Shown: positions 10,561 to 21,285, numbered from the stretch's first letter. The stretch is 64,000 nucleotides of DNA from Candidatus Eiseniibacteriota bacterium (GCA_963702435.1 CAVPCR010000002.1:448001-512000), one strand, 5' to 3'. Numbers and translations are program-made. The notes: a model not told the origin generated them from the letters alone.

Positions 10561-11415
10561 CTAGTGGCTCGCTCCGGCCGCGAGCAGGAGGACGAGCACG
10601 ACCATCGCCACCCGCTCGGGTGCGATCTGGAACCGCGCGGCGCCCGCGCCGAGGAGTCCCCCGGCGACGAGGAGCGCTGCACCTCGTATCCCTCCGGCGG
10701 TCGTGGCCGCGGCCGCCTGCCCTACGGCGAGCGCGAGCCGCCCGGCGAGCGCGCCGAGGAGAACGGGTCCCAGCACCTCGCAGCAGCTTGCGATGCGGGT
10801 CACGCCGAACCCGCGCGCCGCCGGCGCCGGCGCGCGGTCGCCGTCGGGATGGAGATCGAGTCCTTGCCGGACCGCTCGCCAGCGCGTCACCAGGTAGGGG
10901 CCATTATAGAAGGCGAGGGCGGTCAGAACGGAAGCCCAAGCCCAAGGAAGGCCGCCGCCCGGATCCCCGGAGGGAACCCCCGGGCCGGGGTGGAAGAGGC
11001 CCTCGATCCCCCGGCTCGCTTGCCCCGCCCCGGACCCGAGGAGCAGGAGGAGCATCCCGAGCACCCCGAGGAGAGGGCGCAGCCATCCCCAGAAGACGCG
11101 GTCGCCGAGGGCGGCGAGCGGCCCCTCGAGTCGCCGCTTGAGCGCGGCCACCGCGTCGTGCGCCGCCTCGTCCCCGGTCCCGGCGGCCAGCAGGTCGCGC
11201 TCGGTCGCCGCGACCGCGCCGAGCAGCACCCCGGAGAGCGCCGGATTCGTGTTCACGTAGTCGAGATGTCGGCGCACGAAGGCGGCCTCGATCGCCCCGG
11301 GACGGCCGCGGACGAGCGGCAGCAGGGCGAAGGTGAACCCCAGGGCCTGCATGCGTTCGCGATTCCAGCCGGCCTGGAGAAGGAGCCCGCGCAGGAAGAG
11401 CCGCGCCTGACTCAT
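10561..11415 (-). CDS. PTS mannose/fructose/sorbose family IID component
   Basis: LQAGWNRERMQALG, RHLDYVNTNP, GPLAALGDRVFWG motifs. Confidence 0.85.
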   Translation of the reverse strand: MSQARLFLRGLLLQAGWNRERMQALGFTFALLPLVRGRPGAIEAAFVRRHLDYVNTNPALSGVLLGAVAATERDLLAAGTGDEAAHDAVAALKRRLEGPLAALGDRVFWGWLRPLLGVLGMLLLLLGSGAGQASRGIEGLFHPGPGVPSGDPGGGLPWAWASVLTALAFYNGPYLVTRWRAVRQGLDLHPDGDRAPAPAARGFGVTRIASCCEVLGPVLLGALAGRLALAVGQAAAATTAGGIRGAALLVAGGLLGAGAARFQIAPERVAMVVLVLLLAAGASH

Positions 11416-12179
11416 GGCCGGACCCCGAGGAGGACGGCGGCGATCGCTCCCGCACCGGCGAGGACGAGCCCGCGCACCCGTCGCACACCGAGGAGTCGCT
11501 CCCCGGCCGCCAGCCCGATCCCGCCGACGAGGGCGACGACGAGAACGGCGCGCAGCCCACCCGCCGGAGCCCGCCGGGCCCAGGACCCGACGGCCGCGAT
11601 CGCCGGCAGGAGAAGCACGACCGTGAGCGCCCCGCGCAGGGCGGCGAGGCAAACGGCCCCGGCCACCGCGGCCCGGACGGCGCGCGAGGTGGCTGCCGCC
11701 TCGGCCCGGGCGAGGAGATCGCGGTTCCGCCGCCGGGTCCACACATCGCTCAGACGACCGAGATCGGCGGCCACGAGACCGAGAAGGAGCGCGACCGCGA
11801 GAGGCCCGCCGGCGAGCTCGGACGGCGATCCCGCCGCGCCCGACGCCCCCGCTCCCGCCGCGCGGGCGAGGGCGGCCCCGGCCACGACCGCACCCGTCCC
11901 GGCATCCGGGGGGATCACCCCGCCCACGGGCCGGTGCCCGGCCAGGAGGAGGCCGATGAGCGCGCCGGCGAGCGCCCCTTCGAGCGGGCGCCCGACCACC
12001 GCCCCGGCCAGGGTCCCCGCGACGAGCGGGTGGGCCAGCTGGAGCTGGGCCACGCTCGCCTGGTCGACCGCAACCACGGCCCCGAGCAGGACGAGCCCCG
12101 CCGCGCGCCACCCAGGAAATGACGCCAATGCGTCAATGATTGCGGAGAGGCCGCCGAGGACGGCGGCGGGGTCAATCAT
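11412..12179 (-). CDS. PTS mannose-family IIC component (divergent)
   Basis: VDQASVAQLQLAHPLVAGTLAG and PVGGVIPPD; hydrophobic; lies between IIB and IID. Confidence 0.8.
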   Translation of the reverse strand: MIDPAAVLGGLSAIIDALASFPGWRAAGLVLLGAVVAVDQASVAQLQLAHPLVAGTLAGAVVGRPLEGALAGALIGLLLAGHRPVGGVIPPDAGTGAVVAGAALARAAGAGASGAAGSPSELAGGPLAVALLLGLVAADLGRLSDVWTRRRNRDLLARAEAAATSRAVRAAVAGAVCLAALRGALTVVLLLPAIAAVGSWARRAPAGGLRAVLVVALVGGIGLAAGERLLGVRRVRGLVLAGAGAIAAVLLGVRP

Positions 12180-12663
12180 CGCGCGCCGCCGGCGCCGCTC
12201 CGAGGAGCGGCGCGAGATCGGTCGGCCGCCGGCTCGGCACATCTTGTGCGATGAGCGCGATCCCGGCGGCGGCGAGAGCGCGGAGCGCAGTGCGGTCCGC
12301 GGCGTCGAGATAGACGAAATCGAGGATGCGATCCTTGCCGGCCGCGTGGTGGATGCCGCCGACGACGATGCAGGTGACACCGATCCCGTCGCGCACGAGA
12401 GCGAGCGCGTCGGCCGCCGAGCCGGCGATCACGAGCACCCGCCCGGAGGCGGCGCGCACGCGGGCCGCCGCCTGCGCGAGCGGCTCGACGGCGAGGGCGA
12501 CGGCCGGGGGCAGGGCGGCGGCGTAGAGCTCCCGCGTGAAATCGTCCGCCGCCGCGAGGTCGCTGGCGACGAGGACGAGATCGGGATGCAGGGCCTCGAT
12601 CCAGTTCTCGACCACCTGGCCGTGCAGGAGGCGATCGTCGAGGCGGAAGTCGACCCGATTCAT
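12172..12663 (-). CDS. PTS mannose/sorbose-family IIB component
   Basis: RLDDRLLHGQV motif. Confidence 0.88.
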   Translation of the reverse strand: MNRVDFRLDDRLLHGQVVENWIEALHPDLVLVASDLAAADDFTRELYAAALPPAVALAVEPLAQAAARVRAASGRVLVIAGSAADALALVRDGIGVTCIVVGGIHHAAGKDRILDFVYLDAADRTALRALAAAGIALIAQDVPSRRPTDLAPLLGAAPAARDD

Positions 12664-13112
12664 GACTCCGGCGCTCCATCGGTCACGTCGCCCCGGCCGC
12701 GCGGCGCCGGGAATGCGGCCACCCCGCGGTGCGCGCGCATGAGGATCGCTTCGACCAGGTCCTCGAGCGGACGGGCATCCCCCCGGCACTGGAGGAAGGC
12801 GATCACCATGGGCAGGTTGACGCCGGTCAGGAGCCGCACCTCGGGCGCGGCCAGGAGGGAGCTCACGGCCTGCGCGCAGCTCCCGCCGAGGAGATCGACG
12901 AAGACGAGGAGCGGGCTCGCCGGCGCCAGGGCGTGGAAGGCCCCGACCTCGGCCGCGATGTCGGCCGCCGAGAGACCGCGATTCGAGAGCGCGGTCAGGC
13001 CCGTCGTGTTCCCGACGATGAGCTCCGCGGTGCGGAGGATCTCGGCGCCGAGCTCGCCGTGCGTGAGGATGAGCCCCCGAGCGAGAGGGCCCGGGGTATC
13101 GCCGGTCGTCAC
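12660..13112 (-). CDS. PTS mannose-family IIA component
   Basis: LILTHGELG, VFVDLLGGS, TGVNLPMV motifs. Confidence 0.88.
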   Translation of the reverse strand: MTTGDTPGPLARGLILTHGELGAEILRTAELIVGNTTGLTALSNRGLSAADIAAEVGAFHALAPASPLLVFVDLLGGSCAQAVSSLLAAPEVRLLTGVNLPMVIAFLQCRGDARPLEDLVEAILMRAHRGVAAFPAPRGRGDVTDGAPES

Positions 13113-14077
13113 TCCCGGTCGTCCAGGAACGGCGGATGGATCATCGGATTGGCTTTCAGGTGGCGGGTCAGCCGCTCGTTGAAGGCCTTGGCCGGATGGT
13201 GCCCGTAGACCTTGACCAGGTAGTTGAGAGCCACGGTCTCGGCGATCACCGTGATGTTCTTCCCCGGGAAGATGGGGATGGTGACCAGCGGGATGCGCAC
13301 GCCGAGGATCGTGGTCTGCCGCTCGTCGATGCCGACTCGCTCGTAGTCCTCCGCCGCATCCCACTCCTTCAGGTTCACCTCGACCTCGACGCGCTTCTGC
13401 ATGCGGATGGCGCGGATCCCGAAGATGGCCTGCACGTCGATGATGCCCAGGCCGCGGATCTCCATGTGGTGCCGGAGGAGCTCGTTGCCGGAGCCGAGCA
13501 GGATGTCGTCGTGCCGGCGGGTGACCGTGACCACGTCGTCGGCCACCAGCCGGTGCCCGCGTTCGACCAGGTCGAGCGCGCACTCCGACTTGCCGATGGC
13601 GCTCCGCCCCGTGAACAGGAGCCCGACGCCGTAGACGTCGACCAGCGACCCGTGCACGGTCGTCTGCGGCGCGAAGATGACGTCGAGGTAGGCGGTGAGC
13701 TGATGGATGAACGGAGTCGTCGACTTGGACGTGCGCAGCACCGGGATCTGTCGCTCGTTCCCCAGCTCGACGATGCGCGCCGGGATGTCGAGCGCCTTGC
13801 ACACGATGATGCACGGGATCGGGTACTTGAACAGGCGATCGATGGCCTGGTCGCGGGCCGCGTCCGCGAGCGTCGACAGGTACCAGATCTCGGTCTGCCC
13901 GAGGATCTGGATCCGCTCGAAGAGGAAGTTCTCCTCGAACCCGGACAGGAGGAGACCCGGCCGGCTGATGTCGGAGACCGTGATGTGAGCGCGCGCGGCG
14001 ACCGAGTCGGTGAGCACCTCGATCTCGAGGTCCTCGTGCTTGTCCCGGTAGAACTGCTCGACCGAGAGGCGCTCCAT
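13109..14077 (-). CDS. hprK: HPr kinase/phosphorylase
   Basis: HGSLVDVYGVG, GRSAIGKSE, GHRLVADD, MEIRGLGII motifs. Confidence 0.97.
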   Translation of the reverse strand: MERLSVEQFYRDKHEDLEIEVLTDSVAARAHITVSDISRPGLLLSGFEENFLFERIQILGQTEIWYLSTLADAARDQAIDRLFKYPIPCIIVCKALDIPARIVELGNERQIPVLRTSKSTTPFIHQLTAYLDVIFAPQTTVHGSLVDVYGVGLLFTGRSAIGKSECALDLVERGHRLVADDVVTVTRRHDDILLGSGNELLRHHMEIRGLGIIDVQAIFGIRAIRMQKRVEVEVNLKEWDAAEDYERVGIDERQTTILGVRIPLVTIPIFPGKNITVIAETVALNYLVKVYGHHPAKAFNERLTRHLKANPMIHPPFLDDRE

Positions 14078-14085
14078 GGCCAGCT

Positions 14086-14607
14086 CTACCCCGCCGGCTC
14101 GATCAGGCCGTAGCTGCCGTCCTCGCGCCGGTAGATGACCGTCGTCTTGCGGGTGGCCGCGTTCTCGAACACGAGGATCTCGCCGCCCTCGTCATCGAGC
14201 GCCGCCAGCGCCTGCTCGACGGTCAGCGACTCGGGCATTTCCATCGTGTCGCGGAACGTGATCTGCGGGGCGGCGGCCGCCGGTCCGAGCGCGTAGGCGC
14301 TCTGCCGCCCGCTCCGGCGCCCGCGCGAGGCTCGCTTCTCCTTGAAGCGCTTGAGCTGCTCGGTCAACTTGTCGATGACCGTGTCCACCGACGACTGCAT
14401 GTCGGGCGACTCTTCGCGACCGACGAAGTCGCGGCGGCGCGCGAGCAGGGTCACCTCGGCGATGTGCCGGTAGTTCTCGGTAGATAGAATCACCCGCGCC
14501 TCGCGGATGCCGTCATGATACTGCATGAGCTTCTCCACCTTGCGCGTGACGTAGTCGCGCAGCTCGGCGGGAACCTCGCAGTGCCGGGCCGTGAACTGAA
14601 CCTCCAT
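14086..14607 (-). CDS. hpf: Ribosome hibernation promoting factor (long HPF/RaiA)
   Basis: MEVQFTARH...YVTRKVEKL, C-terminal VIYRREDGSYGLIE; sits downstream of rpoN. Confidence 0.9.
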   Translation of the reverse strand: MEVQFTARHCEVPAELRDYVTRKVEKLMQYHDGIREARVILSTENYRHIAEVTLLARRRDFVGREESPDMQSSVDTVIDKLTEQLKRFKEKRASRGRRSGRQSAYALGPAAAAPQITFRDTMEMPESLTVEQALAALDDEGGEILVFENAATRKTTVIYRREDGSYGLIEPAG

Positions 14608-14657
14608 GCTCCCATCCTCCTCAGCACTGTTCGGCGGGCGCCCGGTCGGGCGCCCGC

Positions 14658-16119
14658 CTACGAGTGGCGCTTGCGGTAGCGGGCAGGCAGGATCCCCATC
14701 TGCTCGCGATACTTGGCCACGGTGCGGCGGGCGATCTTGAGCCCGTCGCGAATGCAGGATGTCCGCGATCCGCTGGTCCGACAGCGGTTCTCGCTTCTCC
14801 TCCCCGTCGATCAGCTGCTGGATGATGTCGCGGGCCGTCTTCGCCGACATGTCCTCGCCGCTCGCGGTCTCCAGCCCGCTCGAGAAGAAGTACTTCAGCT
14901 CGAAGACGCCGCGCGGGGTCTGCACGTACTTGTTGGTGGTGACCCGGCTCACGGTGGACTCGTGCATGCCGATCTGGCTCGCCACCTGCTGCAGGGTGAG
15001 CGGCCGGAGCGACTCGAGCCCCTTGTCGAAGAAGGACCGCTGCTGCTCCACGATGCAGTTCATGACCTTGACCATCGTCCGCCGGCGCTGCTCGATGGTC
15101 TGGATCAGCCACTTGGCCGAGTTGAGCTTGCCCAGGATGTACTCCTGGGTCTCGTCGCCCTTCTTGCGATCGGGTGAGGAGCTCGCGATACGCGTTCGAC
15201 ACGCGGAGCCGCGGCACGTTGCGGTCGTTCAGGTAGACGACGTAGTCGTCGTCCACGCGGTCGACCACGAGGTCGGGGATCACGTACTTGACCTCCTCCC
15301 CCGCGATCTCGTTCCCGGGGCGCGGGCTCAGGGTCGCGATCGAATCGGCGGCCTCCTGTACCTGCTCGACCGTGACGTGGAGCGCGCGCGCGATCTCCTG
15401 GTAACGCCGTTCCTGAGATTCTCGAACTCCCGGTCCACCACCTGGTAGGCGAGCGTGCCGGCGTGGCCGCGGGCCTTGAGCTGGATCAGGAGGCACTCGC
15501 GAAGGTCGCGGGCGCCGACGCCGGGCGGATCGAGGCTCTGCAGGAGCGCAATCGCTTCCTTGACCTTCGCCACCTCGGCGCTCACCGCCGCCGCCGCCTC
15601 CTCGTCGCTGGCCATGAGGTAGCCGCGCTCATCCATGTTCCCGATCAGGTACTCTCCGATCCGCACCAGCTCGGGATCGGAGGTGGCCAGCCGGAACTGG
15701 GTGGTCAAATGATCGGCCAGGGTCACCTGGGTAACCGGCACCTTGTCGTAGAAGTCCTCGGCGCTCTGCACCTCGCCGCGGCCGTAGTGACCGTCCGAGT
15801 CACCCTGCCAGTACTCCTCCCACTCGGCGAGGCTCTTCTCGGCTTCCGCCTTGGGCGAGATCTCGGCGTCCGGATCGGGCTCCGGCTCGGCCGGCTCGGC
15901 CGGCTCGGCCGGCTCGGTCGGCTCGGACTCCGGCACCTCGGTCTCGGCGTCCTCGTACTCGACGATCTCCTCGAGCAGCGGGTTCTGCTGCATCTCCTGC
16001 TGGAGGATCTGCTGCAGCTCGAGCGTCGGCACCTGCAGCAGCTTGAGCGCCTGCTGCAGGCGCTGCGTCATGACGAGCGTCGTCTTCTGCTGGAGGTGGA
16101 GCCCGTGTTTCATTTCCAT
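14658..16119 (-). CDS. rpoN: RNA polymerase sigma-54 factor, split by about 3 frameshifts (near 15412, 15172 and 14750)
   Basis: [45 protein letters not shown] and the RpoN box [10 protein letters not shown] lie in different frames. Confidence 0.92.
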
Positions 16120-16876
16120 AGGATCGACGCCTCGTACAGCCTGAACTTCTCGCCCAGGTAGATCTCACGCGCCCGCGCATCGTCGGCCAGCTCCTGCGCG
16201 GTGCCCGAGATGATGATCTTGCCTTCGTACATGATGTAAGCGCGGTCGGTGATGCGGAGAGTCTCGCGCACGTTGTGGTCGGTGATCAGAACGCCGATGC
16301 CGCGCCGGCGCAGGTCCCCGATCACCTCCTGCAGATCGGCCACCGCGATCGGGTCGATGCCGACAAAGGGCTCGTCGAGCAGCATGAAACGCGGGCGCGT
16401 GGTCAGCGAGCGCGCGATCTCCACCCGCCGCCGCTCGCCGCCGGAGAGATTGTAGCCGTGCCGCTTGCCGAGGTGCGCGATCTTGAGCTCATCCAGTAAC
16501 CTGCTCGTACCGGCGTTCGCGCTCCGACTTGTCTATGCGCAGGGTCTCGAGGATTCCCATGATGTTGTCGCGCACGGTGAGCCGGCGGAAGATGGAGGAC
16601 TCCTGTGGCAGGTAGCCGATCCCGAGGCGCGCCCGGAGGTACATCGGGAGGCGCGTCACATCGCTGTCCTCGAGCAGGATCCGCCCCGAGTGCGGCGCGA
16701 TGGAGTCCGACGATCATGTAGAACGTCGTGGTCTTCCCCGCGCCGTTCGGACCGAGGAGCCCCACCACCTCGCCGCCCCGCACGTCGAGGCTCACCTCGC
16801 TCACCACGCGCCACTTTCCGTAGTACTTGACGAGGTCGACGGCGCGAAGGAGGGGCTTTTCCTCAAGGAGTTCCAT
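16110..16876 (-). CDS. lptB: LPS export ABC ATPase LptB, split by about 2 frameshifts (near 16703 and 16500)
   Basis: [66 protein letters not shown] across frames. Confidence 0.92.
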
Positions 16877-17645
16877 CCTGCCCTCCCCCGCCGGCGCCGT
16901 CACCGGCGCTGCCCGCCGCATCGTCGCCCGCGCTGCCCGCCGCATCGCCGCCCGCGCCGCTGCCGGCCGCGCCGCCCCCCGCGCCGCTGCCGCCGACCCC
17001 GAGATCGGGCATCGCCTCGTCGCGCACGGTGGCGCGGAAGTCGCGCTGGATCTCCAGCTGACCGCCTTCGAGATCGGGATCGGTCTCGAGCCCGTACCCG
17101 GTGAGGAGATCGCGCCCGCGGATCACTCGCACGAACTTGTCGGTGAAGATCTTGTTCCGCTCCGACGAGTACTGGAGCTCCTCGGTGTGGAGCTCCTGAC
17201 CGTCCGCGTTCCGCACGACGACGTTCCCCATCGCGTGCATGTCGTTCGTGCGGCGCTGGATCACGGCTCGATCGGCGCTCAGCACCGAGGCCACCCGCCC
17301 GCTCCCGTCGTAGAAATCGATGTGGATGCCGCGGGCCTCGACATCGTCGCGCGCCTCGAAGATGCGCGCCTCGGTCGCCCGGAAGATCCAGGTGAGCCGC
17401 CCCTCCTCGTCGGTCTCGCGGAGGACGAATTCGGTGATCTCCTGGTTGGGGAGCACCTCGCCGACCGGAGCCGTGCGCGCCGGCGGCGCGGGGCGTTCCT
17501 CGCTGCAGCCGAGCCCGCCCGCGACGAACGCCGCCGCGAGGAGGAGGGCGGCCGCCGGGCTCGTGACGAGGGCCATGCGCGAGTGCGGCGCGGCTCTCGC
17601 CCCGGCCCGCTCCGCCAGCTCAGCGGCATTCGTTCCGCCCATCAT
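16863..17645 (-). CDS. lptC: LPS export protein LptC with Gly/Ala low-complexity tail
   Basis: LGC signal, IHIDFYD...LSADRA...MHAMGNVVV...LHTEEL...IFTDKFV...GYGLETD; directly upstream of lptB. In frame with the upstream acyltransferase. Confidence 0.85.
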   Translation of the reverse strand: MMGGTNAAELAERAGARAAPHSRMALVTSPAAALLLAAAFVAGGLGCSEERPAPPARTAPVGEVLPNQEITEFVLRETDEEGRLTWIFRATEARIFEARDDVEARGIHIDFYDGSGRVASVLSADRAVIQRRTNDMHAMGNVVVRNADGQELHTEELQYSSERNKIFTDKFVRVIRGRDLLTGYGLETDPDLEGGQLEIQRDFRATVRDEAMPDLGVGGSGAGGGAAGSGAGGDAAGSAGDDAAGSAGDGAGGGGQDGTP

Positions 17646-18671
17646 GTCGCCCCCCGGCTCCGCGGATCCCGCTTCGGATCCCCGAGCGCCGCTCCTTCCA
17701 TGTCCGTCGCCGAGACGGCCCACTCCGCCGCCACCGGCCGCCGATCCCGCGGCCGGCATCCGCCACGTGGCGTAGGTCCAGGCCCACTGGGTCGGACTCC
17801 GCCAGATGATCGATTCGAGGGCCCGCGCGAGCGTCGCCGTGGCCGCCGGGACCGCTCCCGGTTGCGTCCAGTCCACATCGACCGCCGGGAGGATGGTCAC
17901 ACGCTGGCGCCACCCCTGCCGCTGGATCGCCATCGGCACCAGCGCCGCCCCCGTGCGCCGTGCGATCTCGGCCGCGGCGGTCGTCACGTGCGCCGGGCGC
18001 CCGAAGAAGGGAACGCCCACGCCGGGCCAGCGGCGGCCCTGATCGATGAGCACGCCGAGCACCTCGCCGCGGCGGAGCGCCCGGAATGCGGGCCGCAGGT
18101 CGCTCGTCTCGTGCACCACGGCCACCCCGAGCCGCGACCGGAGCGCCACGATCATCGCTTCGAAGCGCGCGTTCTTGAACGGCCGCGCGATGACCGTCAC
18201 CGGTATCCCGCGCTGCACCAGGTATCCCCCGAGCAGTTCCCAGGCCCCGATGTGCCCGGTCACGCCGATCGCCCCGCGCCCGCGCGCGAGCGCCGATTCG
18301 AGATGCTCCGCCCCTTCCACATCTACCAGGTGAACGAGCTCGCGCGCCGGGCGGCCGAGGAAACGCATGGTGTCCGCCAGATTCCGCGCCGCATCGAGAA
18401 AGAAGCGGCGCGCGAAGCCGCTCCGCTCGGACGCGGCGAGACGCGGCAGGGCCCGCCCGACCTGCTCGGCGACCCGGCGCCGGTCGCGGCCCAACGCCGC
18501 CCAGGCCAGGAGCCCGAACCCGCTGAATACCCCGTGCGCGAGCGGGCGTGGGAGCACGCTCGCCACGCGCGCGAGTCCACGCACCACGGGGTATCCCGTG
18601 GCGTGTCGGAAGGTCCGGCCGAGCTTCGCGGGAGCCTCCTCCGGACCGCGAGGACCTTTCGAGTGTGTCAT
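17646..18671 (-). CDS. Lipid A lauroyl/KDO2-lipid IVA acyltransferase (LpxL family)
   Basis: VTGHIGAWEL, LIDQG, VPFFGRPA, PTQWAW motifs. No in-frame stop before lptC as sequenced. Confidence 0.82.
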
Positions 18672-18813
18672 CGGCACGGGGGAGCGTAGCTGAAGGCGGG
18701 GCGGCAATTCAAGCAACTAATATGCCAACGGATGCTCCCGTCCGAGGCAGCGGTCCTGCGCATCCCGGCGTGTGCGCCGGGGCGGCGGCCGGCGCGACCG
18801 CAACGCCTGTGGG

Positions 18814-19857
18814 TCAGCCGCGGGCCGGACGCAGGCAGTCGTGCAGGTGCAGGACGCCGCGCGGCCGCCCGGCGTCGTCGACGATGACGAGCGAGGTGAT
18901 CGGCCCCGGCTCGTTCTCCTCCATGGCCCGGACCGCATCGGCGATGAGCGCCTCGCCGTCGATCGTGCGCGGTGCCCGCGCCATCAGCTCCCGCACGCGA
19001 AGCGCGAGCGGCTCGCCATGGCGGAGGAGGATGCGCTTCAGATCGCCGTCGGTGAGGACGCCCGTGAGGCGGCCATCGCCGTCGACGACCGTCGTCATCC
19101 CGAGGCGCTTCGACACGATTTCGCCGAGCGCCTCGCGGAGCGTCGCCGTCTCGGCGACCTGCGGCAGGTCCGGTCCCTGGTGCATGACCGCGCGCACCGG
19201 GGTGGTCGCCGAACGCCCGACGAGTCCCGCCGGGTGGAGAAGGGCGAGATCATGGACCGAGACGCCGCGGCGCAGCATGAGCGCCACGGCGAGCGCATCC
19301 CCGACGACCCCGGCCGCCGTGATGGAGGAGGTCGGCGCGAGACCATGCGGGCAGGCTTCGCGCGGCCGCCCGTGGTCGAGGACGATCGTGGCCGCGCGCG
19401 CCAGCGTCGAGGTGGGCTCGCCGGTGAGGAGAAGGAGCGGTGCGCCGATGCGCTCGAGCGCGGGGATGAGACGCGCGAGCTCCTCGGTCTCCCCGCTCTT
19501 CGAAACGAGGAGCACGGCGTCATCGGCCCGGACGATGCCCAGGTCGCCGTGCACGGCGTCGGCGGGATGCAGGAAGGTGGCGGGCGTGCCCGTCGCGGTG
19601 AGCGTGGCGGCGAGCCGCTGGGCGAGCAGTCCCGACTTGCCGGCGCCGGCGACGATCAGGCGACCGCGCAGCACCGCGAGGAGATCGACCGCCCGATCGA
19701 ACTCGACGCCGAAGCGGGCGGCGAGATCGGCCACCGCCGCCGCCTCGAGGCGCGCCACCTCGCGCGCCACGGCGTGGGGTGCGAGGCCGGCCAGCAGTTC
19801 GAGGGAGTAGCTCGGCCCGGCGGACCTGGCGGGGAGCGCGGGATCAGCCTGGTCCAC
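18814..19857 (-). CDS. kdsD: Arabinose-5-phosphate isomerase (KpsF/GutQ, SIS plus CBS)
   Basis: GAGKSG, FLHPADAVHGDLG, SKSGETEEL, APTSS, CBS pair. Confidence 0.93.
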   Translation of the reverse strand: MDQADPALPARSAGPSYSLELLAGLAPHAVAREVARLEAAAVADLAARFGVEFDRAVDLLAVLRGRLIVAGAGKSGLLAQRLAATLTATGTPATFLHPADAVHGDLGIVRADDAVLLVSKSGETEELARLIPALERIGAPLLLLTGEPTSTLARAATIVLDHGRPREACPHGLAPTSSITAAGVVGDALAVALMLRRGVSVHDLALLHPAGLVGRSATTPVRAVMHQGPDLPQVAETATLREALGEIVSKRLGMTTVVDGDGRLTGVLTDGDLKRILLRHGEPLALRVRELMARAPRTIDGEALIADAVRAMEENEPGPITSLVIVDDAGRPRGVLHLHDCLRPARG

Positions 19858-20446
19858 GCTGCTTCCTCCGCGCGCCGGCCGCCGCCGCTCGCGCTTGCCG
19901 CTTCCCCGCGCGACCCGCCGCATCCCGCTCCGTGAGCACCCGGTTGAGCCACAGAATGGTCTCGACCGCCTCGCGCACGGCACCCTGGCCCCCCTCGGCC
20001 GCGGTCACCATGTGCGCGAGATGGAGCGCGGCCGGGGCTGCATCGCGCGGTGCGATGGCGAGCCCGACGAGCCGCATGGCATCCAGATCGACGAGGTCGT
20101 CGCCCATGAACGCGGCGGCTGCCGGATCGATGCCGCGCGCGGCACAGGCCGCGCGCACCGCAGCGCCCTTCTCGCGCACGCCCTGCAGGGCCTCGACCGC
20201 GAGCTCCGCGGCACGGCGCCTCACCGCCTCCGAGTCGCGGAAGGTGACGAGCACGATCTTGAGCTTCGCCCGATGGGCGATATAGGCCGCGGCACCGTCG
20301 CGCGCGGCGAAGCGCTTGAGCTCGAGACCCTCGGCGAGGAGGATGCCGCCGTCGGCGAGGACGCCGTCCACATCCAGGAACAGGATCTCGATCGGCCGGG
20401 CGATGAGATCCGGAGCGCGACCGATCGTGGTGCCGTGGGCGCTCAT
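19844..20446 (-). CDS. kdsC: KDO-8-phosphate phosphatase
   Basis: LDVDGVLADG, FMGDDLVD, GGQGAVRE motifs. Confidence 0.9.
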   Translation of the reverse strand: MSAHGTTIGRAPDLIARPIEILFLDVDGVLADGGILLAEGLELKRFAARDGAAAYIAHRAKLKIVLVTFRDSEAVRRRAAELAVEALQGVREKGAAVRAACAARGIDPAAAAFMGDDLVDLDAMRLVGLAIAPRDAAPAALHLAHMVTAAEGGQGAVREAVETILWLNRVLTERDAAGRAGKRQARAAAAGARRKQRGPG

Positions 20447-21285
20447 CCGACCTGTCCCCCCGCCGGCACCGGCTCCCGGGGCGCGACCGCGGCGTGCACG
20501 CGCGCGAGCGCGCGGAGGAGGCTCTCGACGCTCGCGAGCGGCAGCTGGGTCGCCGCATCGCTCCTGGCGCGCGCCGGCTCGGGATGCGTCTCGAGGAACA
20601 CGACCTCGGCGCCGGCCGCGACGGCGGCGCGGGCGAGCGGCAGCGCGAACTCGGGCCGCCCGCCGGTCACCGCCCCGCCCGGCACCTGCAGGCTGTGCGT
20701 CGCGTCGTAGACCGTGACCACGCCCGGAAAGGCCATGCGCGCAAACGAGCGCATGTCCACCACGAGATCGTGATAGCCGAAGCTCGCGCCGCGCTCGGTG
20801 AGGAGGATCCCCGGGCACCCCCCGCGCGCGAGCTTCTCGACCGCGCCCCGCATGTCCTCGGGCGCGACGAACTGGCCCTTCTTCACGTTCACCGGCTTGC
20901 GGGTGGCGGCCGCGGCGAGGAGCAGCGGTGTCTGGCGACAGAGGAACGCCGGGATCTGGAGGACATCCAGCACCGCCGCCGCCGGCTGCGCCTCCTCGGG
21001 TGCGTGCACGTCGGAGAGCACGGCGAGTCCCGTACGCTCGCGCACGGCGGCGAGGATCGCGAGCCCCGCCTCGAGCCCGGGGCCGCGATAGGAGTCGATC
21101 GAGCTCCGGTTCTCCTTGGCGTAGGACGACTTGAAGACGAGCGGCAGGTCGAGGAGATCGCCGATCCGCCGGAGCTCGGTCGCCACCTCGAGGCAGAGGC
21201 CGCGATCCTCGGCCACGCACGGGCCCGCGATGATGCCGAGGCGCCCGGCGCCGAAGGTCGTGCGGGGATCGATGACGACCGCCAT
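20443..21285 (-). CDS. kdsA: KDO-8-phosphate synthase
   Basis: IAGPCV, KENRSS, QIPAFLCRQT, NVKKGQF, DATHS motifs. Confidence 0.96.
   Translation of the reverse strand: MAVVIDPRTTFGAGRLGIIAGPCVAEDRGLCLEVATELRRIGDLLDLPLVFKSSYAKENRSSIDSYRGPGLEAGLAILAAVRERTGLAVLSDVHAPEEAQPAAAVLDVLQIPAFLCRQTPLLLAAAATRKPVNVKKGQFVAPEDMRGAVEKLARGGCPGILLTERGASFGYHDLVVDMRSFARMAFPGVVTVYDATHSLQVPGGAVTGGRPEFALPLARAAVAAGAEVVFLETHPEPARARSDAATQLPLASVESLLRALARVHAAVAPREPVPAGGQVG

Noticed and set aside
14658..16876. Programmed frameshifting in rpoN or lptB
   Set aside because: Multiple indels in both directions with no slippery motifs; sequencing error is more parsimonious.
16904..16994. Repeat at the lptC 3' end as a separate element
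   Set aside because: It is an in-frame Gly/Ala/Asp low-complexity coding tail.
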